DNA from: a virus
Taxonomy: Duplodnaviria; Caudoviricetes
Strand: one strand, 5' to 3'
DNA: 60,844 nucleotides
Virus record (IMG/VR): IMGVR_UViG_3300025687_006674
Span: 1-60,844 of that record
The notes beneath the pieces are model-generated. The model saw nothing but the letters and a program-made list of their open reading frames with translations. It was not told the origin of the DNA and ran no database searches. The position numbers and the translations under genes were made by a program. This document shows positions 18,728 to 29,670 of this stretch, one piece after another (the stretch's first letter is position 1; each line of letters starts with the position of its first letter).

Positions 18728-19695
18728 AAAAAGCATTAATTACAGGGATAAATGGCCAAGATGGTTCTTACCTTTCTGAATTTCTTATAGAAAAAGGATA
18801 TGAAGTATACGGAATTTTAAAAAGAAATTCAGTTGCCGAAAATCAAACATCTCGTTTAGATAATATTTTTGATAAAATAAAACTTTATTATGCTGATATG
18901 ACAGACTTGTCGTCTCTGATATCTGTCATACAAAAAGTAATGCCTGATGAGATTTATAATTTGGCTGCACAATCACATGTTCGTATTTCTTTTGACCAAC
19001 CTTTATACACCACACAAGTAACTGGTGTAGGTACACTTAACATGTTAGAGGCGGTTAGATTAATAAAACCCGATGCAAAAATATATCAAGCATCGTCATC
19101 AGAAATGTTTGGTAATTCAATCGATAATGATGGGTTTCAAAGAGAAACTACTCCAATGAATCCAGTATCACCTTACGGGTGTGCTAAGGTGTTCTCATAC
19201 AACATTTGTAAAAATTATCGTAATTCTTATGATATGTTTATATCGAATGGAATTTTATTTAATCATGAATCACCACGAAGAGGTACAAACTTTGTAACGA
19301 ATAAAGTAGTAAAAGAAGCCGTTAAAATTAAACTTGGTTTATCTAATGAACTTAGATTAGGTAATTTAGACGCAACACGAGATTGGGGTCATGCCAAAGA
19401 CTACGTTGAAGCCATGTGGTTAATCTTACAACAAGATGAGTCTAATGATTACGTTTGTTCAACAGGAGTATCACACTCAGTTAGAGAACTATGTGAATAC
19501 ACATTTAAAAAACTAAATTTAAATTACGAAGATTATATCACACAAGATGAAAAATATTTACGACCTGAAGAGTTAGAAAATTTAAAAGGAGACTCCTCTA
19601 AATTAAGAAAAGATACTGGATGGTCTCCAAAATATACTTTTGAAAGTATGATTGATGAAATGATTGATTATTGGTTAAATTATTATAAATTATAA
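18724..19695 (+). CDS. gmd: GDP-mannose 4,6-dehydratase
   Basis: ALITGINGQDGSYL, YNLAAQSHV, YQASSSEMFG, SPYGCAK, NHESPRRG, RDWGHAKDYV. Confidence 0.96.
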   Translation: MKKALITGINGQDGSYLSEFLIEKGYEVYGILKRNSVAENQTSRLDNIFDKIKLYYADMTDLSSLISVIQKVMPDEIYNLAAQSHVRISFDQPLYTTQVTGVGTLNMLEAVRLIKPDAKIYQASSSEMFGNSIDNDGFQRETTPMNPVSPYGCAKVFSYNICKNYRNSYDMFISNGILFNHESPRRGTNFVTNKVVKEAVKIKLGLSNELRLGNLDATRDWGHAKDYVEAMWLILQQDESNDYVCSTGVSHSVRELCEYTFKKLNLNYEDYITQDEKYLRPEELENLKGDSSKLRKDTGWSPKYTFESMIDEMIDYWLNYYKL

Positions 19696-19721
19696 TAAAT
19701 AAAAAGCATTAGATATTACAT

Positions 19722-20444
19722 ATGCCAGTTAGAAAACAAAAAAGTGATAACGTACCTTCACAAAACAAAATGACCACGAAAGAATATATAAACTCACTAA
19801 TTAAAAAAACACCAAGAAAGAAATTTCTTTCTGATTCTCAAAAAGAATATTTCGACATTTTAGAAAACAATGAAATAACTCTTTGTACAGGACCTGCCGG
19901 TGTGGGTAAGTCGTATATAGCAATGAACGCAGCAGTCCATCTATTAATGGACCCAAACAATTCATATGAAAAAATTATAATTGTTAGACCAGCAGTAGAA
20001 GCTGAAGAAAAATTAGGTTCACTACCAGGAAACGTAGAAGAAAAGTTGGACCCATATATTTTTCCATCATACTACTTGTTAAATAAAATAATCGGAAAAG
20101 ACGCAAGAGAAAGATTAAAAAATACCGATGTTATTGAAGTCTTTGCACTTGCATATATGAGGGGAATGAATATTGATAATTCAATCTTAATATTTGAAGA
20201 AGCTCAAAACTGTACACCTAAACAGATGAAATTACTTTTAACTCGAATAGGGTTTAATTCAAAGTTTTTTATCTCAGGTGATTTAGAACAAACTGACCGA
20301 TATAAAGATAAAACACATTCAGGTCTTTGGGACGCATTACAAAGATTCAGAGGATTAGATGGTGTAGGTATTTTTGAATTTGGTTCACAAGATATTATTA
20401 GAAATCCATTAATTACTAAATTATTAGATAGATACGAAGAATGA
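19722..20444 (+). CDS. phoH: PhoH-family ATPase
   Basis: GPAGVGKS, RPAVE, LGSLPG, YMRG, EEAQN, TRIG, GDLEQTD. Confidence 0.93.
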   Translation: MPVRKQKSDNVPSQNKMTTKEYINSLIKKTPRKKFLSDSQKEYFDILENNEITLCTGPAGVGKSYIAMNAAVHLLMDPNNSYEKIIIVRPAVEAEEKLGSLPGNVEEKLDPYIFPSYYLLNKIIGKDARERLKNTDVIEVFALAYMRGMNIDNSILIFEEAQNCTPKQMKLLLTRIGFNSKFFISGDLEQTDRYKDKTHSGLWDALQRFRGLDGVGIFEFGSQDIIRNPLITKLLDRYEE

Positions 20445-21052
20445 GAATTGCGATAGATACTAATGGTGTTTTAAGAGATACTTTAGGCAAAGCTGAACAA
20501 GTTTACCAAAAGTTTTTTATAGACGATTACATCAAAGAAGAAGGGGAGGGAGATTTTGAATATAAATTAAATCTACCTGTCAATAGTATGAATTTAATTG
20601 AACATTTTGTTTTTCCAAAAACAGAGGACTTGTACGATTTTTTTTATGTAGATTTTCCAATGAATATTTTTGGACACGCAGCGTCTATAAGTGGTAATAC
20701 ATTTAATATTGTAAATGAAATTTATGAAGATTTAAGAGATGACCACGAAATATCAATTATATCAGATGAGATTCAAAAATCAAAACCCGCAACTTTGTTC
20801 TTTTTGTCTAAATACGGATGTTTAGTTGAAAATATTAATTTCTATTCTAAAATAACTATGGATAAAGTAATTTCAGATTATGATATAATCGTAACTGCAA
20901 ATCCCGACATTTTGAGTGATGATAGTTTTAAATTATTAAAAGTAAAATTTAACACACCTTACAATCAAAATATAAAATCAGATTATACAATCACTAATTT
21001 AGAAGAGTTTAAAGAATTGTATGAAGAATTAAAATTAAAAGAAAATGTTTAA
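20441..21052 (+). CDS. HAD-fold 5'(3')-nucleotidase-like protein (degenerate motif I)
   Basis: RIAIDTNGVLRD (DxN instead of DxD); C-terminal PYNQ. Confidence 0.55.
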   Translation: MRIAIDTNGVLRDTLGKAEQVYQKFFIDDYIKEEGEGDFEYKLNLPVNSMNLIEHFVFPKTEDLYDFFYVDFPMNIFGHAASISGNTFNIVNEIYEDLRDDHEISIISDEIQKSKPATLFFLSKYGCLVENINFYSKITMDKVISDYDIIVTANPDILSDDSFKLLKVKFNTPYNQNIKSDYTITNLEEFKELYEELKLKENV

Positions 21053-21323
21053 AATATTAGGTGAAAGTTATTATTTAGATTTGAATGAATTAGACAAACA
21101 AATTTCTATAGTAAAAACGGTCAAAGATGACGAAAACGAAGAAAGTGAACATAATGTAAATTTAGTTAAGTTTGAACTATTAAAATTAATGGTCGAGGTA
21201 GTTCTAAGTGAAAGAGAAGATATTGATGAAAATTTAGGTGTTTACTCAGGTAAAGATTTAAGTATTCCCTTTAGAATTGCATTTAATACATTATTAACAC
21301 ATAATATACTTAAAAGTTTATAA
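21045..21323 (+). CDS. Hypothetical protein
   Basis: 92 aa ORF coupled within the operon. Confidence 0.7.
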   Translation: MFKILGESYYLDLNELDKQISIVKTVKDDENEESEHNVNLVKFELLKLMVEVVLSEREDIDENLGVYSGKDLSIPFRIAFNTLLTHNILKSL

Positions 21324-21325
21324 AA

Positions 21326-22390
21326 ATGGAAACAGAAAAAATACAAAAAGTTGAGAATTCTATTTTAAATTTAGTTGACAGAAAGTCAAAAATTTATTTT
21401 TTAGTACAGGATACTAAAGGTCACGCCAAAGGGTCTATTAGATTTATATATCAAGTGGCTCAAACATTAAAAGATAACGGGTTCAATCCAATTATTATTC
21501 ATGAAGAAAAAAACTATACAGGTGTTTCTGAATGGTTAGATGAAAAATATATGGAATTACCACACCAATCTATAGAAGGTCAAAGTTTACAAATTTCACC
21601 TGAAGATTTTGTTATTATACCTGAAATTTATGGACACGTATTAGAACAGATTTCAAATTTCCCTTGTGGTAAGATTGTACTTTGTCAAGCATATGACCAT
21701 ATGTTAGAAACACTAACACCAGGTTCAAATTGGGCACAATTTGGATTTAGAAAGGCAATAACCACAAGTGAAGAACAAAAAGAATATGTTGGTAATTTGA
21801 TGAAGGCTACTGATATCGATGTTTTAAAACCACACATTCCTGAATTATTTACGAGAAAAGAAAAACCTTCAAAACCTATCGTATCTATACACAGTAGAGA
21901 ACAGAGAAATACTGCAAAAATCATCAAAGGGTTTTATTTAAAATATCCACAATTTAGATGGATTACTTTCAGAGATATGAAAGGTTTAAATCAAAAAGAA
22001 TTTTCCGAATATTTGAAAGATAGTTTTGTTTCGGTTTGGGTTGATGATGAATCAGGTTTTGGAACATTCCCGTTAGAATCTATGGCTTCGAGAACTCCTG
22101 TTATTGGAAAAGTACCGAACATGAAACCTGAATGGATGACAGACCACAACGGTGTATGGACATATGATATGAATAATATTATAGACATTCTAGCTGAGTT
22201 TGTTCAAAATTGGTTAGAAGATAATATATCGGAATCTTTATATGAAAACTCACTTTTAACTGCACAAAAATATTCAAATAAAGAAGAGTTTGAAAATGGA
22301 GTTTTAAATTTATTTACTAATTATTTTGATGTTAGACGAGAAAGTTTTCAAACTCAATTAGATAAAATGAAAGTAACAGAAGAAAATTAA
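21326..22390 (+). CDS. Glycosyltransferase, GT-B-like
   Basis: VIIPEI, ESGFGTFPLESMA..TPVIG. Confidence 0.7.
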   Translation: METEKIQKVENSILNLVDRKSKIYFLVQDTKGHAKGSIRFIYQVAQTLKDNGFNPIIIHEEKNYTGVSEWLDEKYMELPHQSIEGQSLQISPEDFVIIPEIYGHVLEQISNFPCGKIVLCQAYDHMLETLTPGSNWAQFGFRKAITTSEEQKEYVGNLMKATDIDVLKPHIPELFTRKEKPSKPIVSIHSREQRNTAKIIKGFYLKYPQFRWITFRDMKGLNQKEFSEYLKDSFVSVWVDDESGFGTFPLESMASRTPVIGKVPNMKPEWMTDHNGVWTYDMNNIIDILAEFVQNWLEDNISESLYENSLLTAQKYSNKEEFENGVLNLFTNYFDVRRESFQTQLDKMKVTEEN

Positions 22391-22392
22391 TT

Positions 22393-23196
22393 ATGGAAAA
22401 TTTTAATGTATCGGTAGTTCTACCAATAGAAAGTTCAAAACACAAAGATTTTTATGACTTATTCTCAAAGTCAATCCAATCTATTTTAAATCAGTCAGTA
22501 CCTGTTAATGAGGTGGTAATTGTACATTCAGATGAAGAGTCTTTAGTTTCAATTATAAATGAGTTTGATTATAGTGGTTTGACAGTAAATAAAGTAATTA
22601 ACAACGGAGACACTGACTTTGCAACTCAAGTTAATTTAGGTGTAGAAAATTCAAATTCAGAATGGATTTCAATATTAGAGTTTGATGATGAATATGCCTC
22701 AATTTGGTTTAAAAATGTTAAAAGGTATGCCGAGGCTTATCCTGACATGCAAGGATTTTTACCTATCGTTGTTGATGTTGATGAAAAAGGTATTTTCGCA
22801 GGATTTACAAATGAAGCAACATTCGCAGCAAGTATGAATAGTGAAATTGGTATTTTAACAAATGAGGTTCTTTTAAATTATCAAAACTTCCAAAGTAGTG
22901 GTTTCGTTTTGAAAAAAGAAGTTTACCAAGATTTCGGAGGATTTAAAAAATCAATGAGATTAACATTCGTTTATGAATTTTTACTTAGATTAACATACAA
23001 TTCTGTAAATATTATGACTATTCCAAGAATTGGTTATAAACATATGAATTTACGATTTGGCTCAATCTTTTGGAACTACAAAAATGGTGAAGATAGAGTT
23101 ACAGAAGACGAAGTTAGGTTTTGGTTAGAATCGGCGAAAAAAGAACACTTCTTCACCAACGATAGAGGTATAAAATATGAAGCTATCGAAGGTTAA
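22393..23196 (+). CDS. Glycosyltransferase, GT-A (GT2-like)
   Basis: VSVVLPI, SILNQ, VNLGV, LEFDDE, FGGF, YEFLLRL. Confidence 0.8.
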   Translation: MENFNVSVVLPIESSKHKDFYDLFSKSIQSILNQSVPVNEVVIVHSDEESLVSIINEFDYSGLTVNKVINNGDTDFATQVNLGVENSNSEWISILEFDDEYASIWFKNVKRYAEAYPDMQGFLPIVVDVDEKGIFAGFTNEATFAASMNSEIGILTNEVLLNYQNFQSSGFVLKKEVYQDFGGFKKSMRLTFVYEFLLRLTYNSVNIMTIPRIGYKHMNLRFGSIFWNYKNGEDRVTEDEVRFWLESAKKEHFFTNDRGIKYEAIEG

Positions 23197-23951
23197 TGTT
23201 GACATCCAAAACAAGTGGAAGCTCTGAGAATAATGAAGTAAAAAAAAGAGGTCGTAAACCAAAAACTACGACTAATTATTTTGCTGAAAGAGAAGAACAT
23301 GCGGTTCGCATGTTTTTGTCTGCAAATACAATGTCCGAAAAAAATAGCATTTACAATGAATTTTTAAGAGCTCCTTTGGATAAAATGATTGAATCTATTA
23401 TAAGACGATATAAGCTTTATAGAAAAGATATGGATTTTAGAGAAATTCATCATGATACCCATTCTTTTTTAATTACTAAAGTAGATAAATTCAAACCAGC
23501 TAGAAATAAAAAGGCATATTCTTATTTTGGTACAATATGTAAAAATTATTTAATGGGTCAAATTATAAAAGACCAAAAAGAATTAAATAGAAAAATTTCA
23601 TACGAAGACATATCAAGCTCATTAGAAAACAGACCTGATATGGTATACTATTTAGAATATGAAAAAATAGAACCAGACCAAGTTATAAAAGAATTTTTAA
23701 CAAAATTAAAAAATTTTGTTGAGAATGAAAATTTAAATACTAATGAACAAAAACTTGGGTTTGCGTTAGTTGAGTTATTTGATAACTACGATGATATTTT
23801 TATTGGTACCGATAATAATAAATTTAATAAGAATATTATTTTATTGTCACTAAGAGAAATGACTAATCTATCCACTAAAGAAATTAGAACTTCTATGAAG
23901 AAATATAAAATTCTTTACTACGATATGATGAAAATTATCAATAACCGATAA
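23196..23951 (+). CDS. Phage sigma factor (sigma-70 region 2 / T4 gp55-like, putative late sigma)
   Basis: NYF...KMIESIIRRY...KFKPARNKKAYSYFGTICKNYL resembles the gp55/sigma region-2 motif (F-D/K-P...AYF..I); lies directly before TATTTAT-led structural genes. Confidence 0.6.
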   Translation: MLTSKTSGSSENNEVKKRGRKPKTTTNYFAEREEHAVRMFLSANTMSEKNSIYNEFLRAPLDKMIESIIRRYKLYRKDMDFREIHHDTHSFLITKVDKFKPARNKKAYSYFGTICKNYLMGQIIKDQKELNRKISYEDISSSLENRPDMVYYLEYEKIEPDQVIKEFLTKLKNFVENENLNTNEQKLGFALVELFDNYDDIFIGTDNNKFNKNIILLSLREMTNLSTKEIRTSMKKYKILYYDMMKIINNR

Positions 23952-23978
23952 AATTTATATTTAGATATTTATAGTATT

Positions 23979-24353
23979 ATGGGTAGACCTAAGAAAAAAG
24001 AAATTGTTTTATCTAAAGATTCTGTTTTGAGTCTGATGCAAGAAATCTACAATGAACTTGTAGAACAAAGAGCAACTGCAATCAGAATCCAAAACAAAAT
24101 GTTGTCTATGTTAAAAGACCCTGAAGATATGACAGTTATTGGTCCTGTAATAAAGGAACAACAAAAAATTATAAATGATACTATTGAAAAGAAATTAACC
24201 CTTTCTAAATTACAATCTTCTATTTGGGAAAAGGCTTCAAATAATGATTCAGAAACCTTTAATCTTTCTGAAATGGATGATGATGTTCTACAAGCGCTAA
24301 TACAAAAAGATTTAGATAAAGATAGTAAAGACGAGGGGTATAAAATAGACTAA
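23979..24353 (+). CDS. Hypothetical protein (coiled-coil)
   Basis: 124 aa, preceded by TATTTAT at 23966-23972. Confidence 0.75.
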   Translation: MGRPKKKEIVLSKDSVLSLMQEIYNELVEQRATAIRIQNKMLSMLKDPEDMTVIGPVIKEQQKIINDTIEKKLTLSKLQSSIWEKASNNDSETFNLSEMDDDVLQALIQKDLDKDSKDEGYKID

Positions 24354-24363
24354 TTATACCATT

Positions 24364-26298
24364 ATGTCGATTGATTTAAGTCAAGATTATTCTACGATAA
24401 AAGCAAAGTTAAGTGCTCTTACCACCGTTTTAGAAAATGATAAGAACGATACGATTCTTAAAAAATCTAGAGATGGTGATGCTCAAGATTTAAATAACCA
24501 AGATATTAATAGACCAATATCTGAATTTACTTCAGGTGTGACTAAAACGATTAAAACTGTCAAATCTCAATTTGAGGAATTGATAGATATTTTCAAATAT
24601 ACTTTACCGAACAACCAAACGAGCGGTTATAATAGTACACTTATTCGAATTTTTTTACAGGCGGCAAATAATACAAAAGAAAAAATATTACAAATATTAG
24701 TTGAGGAAGTATTATCGGCAATAGGTTGTTCTCAAGAACAGACATTTGTAATAAATGAGCCAATATACATTAAGGTTGAGTCTATAGATTTATTTGACCA
24801 ATTAAAAAATAACCCAAATGAAGAACCCAATGCATTTCTATATGAGGAAACACAGACCTCACCAGGAACATTACCGTTCTCAATGAATAGAGAAATATAC
24901 AATCGTATTCAGGACCCTAATGTTAGTTTAAAAGACGATACAGGTTCAAATTATATTGGAGCTTCTAATACAGATATATTTGATTTTGAATATACAAAAC
25001 AAGATGCTCAAGGTAATGTTGGTAACTTTTTAAAAGTCACTTTATTAAAAGATACTGGTGCAGTAAAAAGAATTTCTGATTTTTTAGTAGACTACTATCA
25101 ATCTATCGATATTTTAAATTTTGACATTTTAATTGCGAATGTTATGCAATTAATGACAGGATTTATTTCTATTTCAGGTGGTATATCAGATGGTAAACAA
25201 TTTGACATATCAAGTTGGCAAAAATTATTAACCAGAATTATGGGATTATGTTTTGATGATACTCAAGAAATTGCCGTAAGTGGGAATGCTAAATTATCGG
25301 ACTTAGAATTAATCGATGAATCATTTTTCCAATTAAACCCATTAGATTTAAGAAATATAGAATTAGAGACTGAAAATATAAGACAAGGTGTTGTTGAGTT
25401 TGAAGATTGTGATAATGTAAAATTACCAATCAATGTAGAGTCATTTAATTCGTCTATGAGAAAAATAAGGTCTGAGAATTCAATAAGTAATAAAATATTA
25501 GCTGTAGAATCATTTATATTCGACACCGCAAATAATAAAGAATGGAAAACATTAACCGCACCTAAATTTAATTTAGACGCGGCACTAAAATTAGACTTTA
25601 TTAAGGCATTACCAAGAGCGGTTATGTCAACAATATTATCACCAAAAACCATGTTTGGTATAATGGTAGCGTTAAAAGCTTTAGGTTCGTTAGTGGGAGA
25701 TGGTATTGATAGTTTAATGACTTTTATTAATAGATTTAAAAAATTTACAGTTAATTTGATGAGTAGAACTTTATCTATCTTTATTGAAGAATTATTTGAC
25801 CTAATTAAAAAGAATGCGAAGAATTTAGTACAGGATATCCTAAGAAGAATTGTTCAAGAAAGTAAGAATAAACAAGTTCAAATGTATACATCAATCATAT
25901 ATGCACTTTATTTATTAGGTAGTCTAATTTTAGATTATCGAAGATGTAAAAGTATAGTTGATGAAATATTAGCACTATTAAATTTAGGACTTCAATCTTT
26001 AGGTTTGGGGAATATAACTATACCACTACCCTTATTAGCCGGTAGTGCAGTATTACCTGGTGTTTCCGACACAAGAGCATTTTCAAATATTATTGAACAA
26101 TTACAAAAATCAGGTCTACCAACTGGTGACTTACCAGATGGTTCTCCTAATCTTATGAATATAGGTATTTTTGGTATGGTAAAAGGTATGAATCAAGAAC
26201 AGGCAGAAAATGGAAAAACTGACGTGTTTATACCACCATTAACAATTACACCCGCAGGTTTAACGGTACCGGCAAGAGGGTGGGGTAAATCTTTTTAA
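24364..26298 (+). CDS. Hypothetical, probable virion/baseplate protein
   Basis: 644 aa ORF in a late operon upstream of the gp5-like gene. Confidence 0.6.
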   Translation: MSIDLSQDYSTIKAKLSALTTVLENDKNDTILKKSRDGDAQDLNNQDINRPISEFTSGVTKTIKTVKSQFEELIDIFKYTLPNNQTSGYNSTLIRIFLQAANNTKEKILQILVEEVLSAIGCSQEQTFVINEPIYIKVESIDLFDQLKNNPNEEPNAFLYEETQTSPGTLPFSMNREIYNRIQDPNVSLKDDTGSNYIGASNTDIFDFEYTKQDAQGNVGNFLKVTLLKDTGAVKRISDFLVDYYQSIDILNFDILIANVMQLMTGFISISGGISDGKQFDISSWQKLLTRIMGLCFDDTQEIAVSGNAKLSDLELIDESFFQLNPLDLRNIELETENIRQGVVEFEDCDNVKLPINVESFNSSMRKIRSENSISNKILAVESFIFDTANNKEWKTLTAPKFNLDAALKLDFIKALPRAVMSTILSPKTMFGIMVALKALGSLVGDGIDSLMTFINRFKKFTVNLMSRTLSIFIEELFDLIKKNAKNLVQDILRRIVQESKNKQVQMYTSIIYALYLLGSLILDYRRCKSIVDEILALLNLGLQSLGLGNITIPLPLLAGSAVLPGVSDTRAFSNIIEQLQKSGLPTGDLPDGSPNLMNIGIFGMVKGMNQEQAENGKTDVFIPPLTITPAGLTVPARGWGKSF

Positions 26299-26300
26299 TT

Positions 26301-26501
26301 ATGGATGAGAATAAAATAAAAAACGTACTATTAGATTATAAAAATAAGTCAAATAAAGAATTGACTGAAGCCTTGGATTTTCTAAATGATGATTTTGAAA
26401 AAACAAAAGAATATATTGTTAAAATGACATATCATTTAGACGGTGTCGAAAGAGCATATCATAAACTTTTAGAAGAATATCAAAAAAGAAATAAAAAATG
26501 A
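26301..26501 (+). CDS. Hypothetical protein
   Basis: 66 aa, coupled to the next gene. Confidence 0.65.
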   Translation: MDENKIKNVLLDYKNKSNKELTEALDFLNDDFEKTKEYIVKMTYHLDGVERAYHKLLEEYQKRNKK

Positions 26502-28132
26502 GTATTGTTGATAATATAATAAACACTCAAATATTTTCTTCGGGAAGAGTTATTGATGTCAATGACCCATTAATGTTGGGTAGATTAAGAATTTTACCTG
26601 AAAACGATAATGATGAAGAATTAAAAAAATCATCAAAGGGGTTTGACCCTAATAGTCCCACGCCAGATAAGAACGGTCCGTGGTCCACTAAAGACCCTTT
26701 TTTGTTTCTTCCTTTATTACCTTTATTTATTAATCCTGTCCCCAAAAAAGATGAATATGTACATTTGTTTTACCAACATAGGGGTTCGAGAACATCAAAG
26801 AATAAATACTACATACAGGGACCATTTGCGACACCAATAAATTTAAATAATGAAGAATTTGAAAACGCTAAAACTCATTTAGATTCAGGTTCACGTATAA
26901 ATCAACCAACAAATATAAAGGTTAATTTATCAACACAAGGTGCTCAAAGATTACAAGAGGCCAGAAATAACTTAGGTCAAAATGAAGATAAAGTTAATCT
27001 TGGGTACACAAATGATAAAACAAAAGGTATCTTTCCCGAACCTGGTGACAATGCACTATTAGGTAGAGGTAGTGCTGACCTCGTTATAAAAGAAAATGAA
27101 GTTTTATTAAGAGCCGGTAAATACAAAAATTTACAACCACCAAACATGCCAGACGCCAATGGTAGACGAGCATTTTTACAATTAAGTAATTTTGATTTTA
27201 GAAAAACTTTAGGTGCAGAACAAAAGAGAAAAAGATTAGTAAAAAACGATACTTTCATAAAGTATCTTATAGAATATAACATTTACAATCCTGAGAATAC
27301 CCAAAATAAGTTTAGAGGTGATGTGACACTATATGGACTACCTAGTCAAGTCCCTCAAATAAACACTGCAAATTTTGATGTTGATACAGTTTTAGATAAT
27401 AATCTTAAATCGAGTAAAGTTATCTCTTCATTTGAAAATAAATCTTTAAATGAAGTTGTTAATATAATTAATAATTTTCTTGTTGAGTTTAAAACTGGTG
27501 AACTAACAGATGTGTTTGGTTTTAATGGGTTCCTTAAAAATGGAGAACAATACCCATTTTACTTTAGACCTAAGAATTCTCTTTTAGACATTACAAATCA
27601 AACGAGTTCAAATAGTGATAGTAACGCCCTAAAAAATGTAGGAGATATTTTAAATGATGTTAAAATAAATCAATTAGATGTCACACCAGGATATAGTTTA
27701 GTATATAACGTAAAAGGAGATGATTCGGTACCTTATGAATTTGTAGACGATTCTTATTTTAATGAAGAAATTAATTCTGTTGATGATAGTGTGGCATTGA
27801 TGGGTGGGAGAAAATTATACCTTTTATCTAATCAAACTTTAGGTACAGGTACCTCCAAAAAAGTAATAGACTTTTCAGATTTTGATGTTTACGGAATAAG
27901 TCAAGATAAAATATTTAGTGATATTGAACCTAATACATCTTCATTAGTGAGGGGTGAAGAGTTGATGGAACTATTAAATCTCATTGTAAAGTTTTTAATT
28001 ACCCACGTACACCCTTACCCTGGATTACCACCAGTTCCTGTTTCTCAAGACGGTACAAGTAGTCAAGACTTACTTAAATCAATACTTGAGGCACAACAAA
28101 AAATCTTAAATGGCAATATTAGGATTAATTGA
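26498..28132 (+). CDS. Baseplate hub/central spike protein (gp5/VgrG OB-fold-like)
   Basis: N-terminal GRVIDVNDPLMLGRLRI...P...EYV; C-terminal RGEEL...THVHPYPG (HxH spike-tip motif). Confidence 0.7.
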   Translation: MSIVDNIINTQIFSSGRVIDVNDPLMLGRLRILPENDNDEELKKSSKGFDPNSPTPDKNGPWSTKDPFLFLPLLPLFINPVPKKDEYVHLFYQHRGSRTSKNKYYIQGPFATPINLNNEEFENAKTHLDSGSRINQPTNIKVNLSTQGAQRLQEARNNLGQNEDKVNLGYTNDKTKGIFPEPGDNALLGRGSADLVIKENEVLLRAGKYKNLQPPNMPDANGRRAFLQLSNFDFRKTLGAEQKRKRLVKNDTFIKYLIEYNIYNPENTQNKFRGDVTLYGLPSQVPQINTANFDVDTVLDNNLKSSKVISSFENKSLNEVVNIINNFLVEFKTGELTDVFGFNGFLKNGEQYPFYFRPKNSLLDITNQTSSNSDSNALKNVGDILNDVKINQLDVTPGYSLVYNVKGDDSVPYEFVDDSYFNEEINSVDDSVALMGGRKLYLLSNQTLGTGTSKKVIDFSDFDVYGISQDKIFSDIEPNTSSLVRGEELMELLNLIVKFLITHVHPYPGLPPVPVSQDGTSSQDLLKSILEAQQKILNGNIRIN

Positions 28133-28155
28133 TATTTATAATTTAAAAGGAACAG

Positions 28156-29670
28156 ATGTCAATTCACAAATCTTATTTTAGTAAAAGTAATACGATAATT
28201 TACAACTCTTATACCAATACAGGTCAAAACCCTATTGTGGAATTATTTTATGGTAGAGTTGATGATGTTATTGCACCTAAAGGGTATAGTAGATATTTGT
28301 TTGATATTGATACTACGACATTACAAGAAAAATTTAATGATGGTGTGATTTCTACGGGTTGTACAACAACGGGAATTACACATACATTAAGAATGACTAA
28401 TACTTCGGCTTTTGATACTGATTTATTAAACACAAAAACTTCACAAGGTAGAAGAAGAGCCACATCATTTGACTTAGTTTTATTTAAAATTCCAAAAGTA
28501 TCAGGAACAACTGGTGATAACCAAACTTGGGATTCAGGTGTTGGTTATGATTATTACGATAACTCAAGGGCACTTAACACCAGTAATGCCATGAGTATTC
28601 CTGATTCTATTGCTACCGATAAGAGTTTTTCTAATAGACCTTCTAATTGGTTTCAAAGAAGTACCATAGATAATTGGTCAGTTGCTGGTTTATATGACAA
28701 TACAAATTCACAAACAGGTTCAACTGTGGGTTTAAATTATTCTGCAATAACTATCATTGATACTCAACACTTTGAATTTGGTAATGAAGACATTGAATTT
28801 GATATGACAAACGAAATAAACTCATTACTTACAGGTGGTACTACAACCGCAGGTTATGGTGTGGCATTCTTACCTCAAGTTGAAAATATTAGTGGGTTAA
28901 CAGAAAATTATTCTGTTGGATTCTTTTCTCCTCACACTCAAACTTTCTATGAGCCTTATTTAGAAACAAATTATAATGATTTAATATTAGATGATAGAAA
29001 TGTTTTCTATCAAGGTAAAACAAATTATCTATATCTATATTCTTATATCAATGGTAACCCAACTAACTTTGACACACCACCAACTGTTGATATTTTAGAC
29101 GGTAATGGTTACGAGGTTTCAGGATTTACAGGATTAACGAGTTGTTTAGTCACTGAAGGAGTTTACAGAGTTGAGGTTAGTGGATTAACTGCAACGACAG
29201 TACCATGTTTTTATTATGATAAATGGGATGGATTATTAATAAATGGAGACTCAATAAGTGCAGTAGAAAATGAATTTGTACTTAAATCTTCTGACGGTTA
29301 TTACCAAATAGGTACAAGAACAGAACAACCAAAATTATATGGTTTTGATTATAGTGGAATCAAACAAGATGAAAAAATATTAAATACTGATGTTAGAAAT
29401 GTTAGTGTATATATTAAAAAGGCATATTCAGTAAATGAGGTTGTCAATAATATAGAGGCATTCTATAGAATTTATGTCATGGAAGGAACGACTGAAGTAC
29501 AAGTACAAGATTGGACTCAGATTAATAGAACTCCTGACGGATATTACTTTGTATTCGATACCAGAGACAAGATACCAAATGAATATTTTATAGACATGAA
29601 GGTGAATAGTGATAGAAATATAGATACTTATAAAAGAACACTTAAATTCCAAATCGTAAACAAAAAATAA
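28156..29670 (+). CDS. Probable virion structural protein (beta-rich, Thr/Gly/Ser-rich)
   Basis: 504 aa; TATTTAT at 28133-28139; SRYLF, WDSGVGYDY, FFSPHTQTFYEPYLE. Confidence 0.6.
   Translation: MSIHKSYFSKSNTIIYNSYTNTGQNPIVELFYGRVDDVIAPKGYSRYLFDIDTTTLQEKFNDGVISTGCTTTGITHTLRMTNTSAFDTDLLNTKTSQGRRRATSFDLVLFKIPKVSGTTGDNQTWDSGVGYDYYDNSRALNTSNAMSIPDSIATDKSFSNRPSNWFQRSTIDNWSVAGLYDNTNSQTGSTVGLNYSAITIIDTQHFEFGNEDIEFDMTNEINSLLTGGTTTAGYGVAFLPQVENISGLTENYSVGFFSPHTQTFYEPYLETNYNDLILDDRNVFYQGKTNYLYLYSYINGNPTNFDTPPTVDILDGNGYEVSGFTGLTSCLVTEGVYRVEVSGLTATTVPCFYYDKWDGLLINGDSISAVENEFVLKSSDGYYQIGTRTEQPKLYGFDYSGIKQDEKILNTDVRNVSVYIKKAYSVNEVVNNIEAFYRIYVMEGTTEVQVQDWTQINRTPDGYYFVFDTRDKIPNEYFIDMKVNSDRNIDTYKRTLKFQIVNKK

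Noticed and set aside
5912-23196. Bacterial O-antigen/capsule locus or giant eukaryotic virus origin
   Set aside because: No wzx/wzy/wzm/wzt or initiating transferase; contiguous with T4-like capsid, portal, protease and terminase genes.
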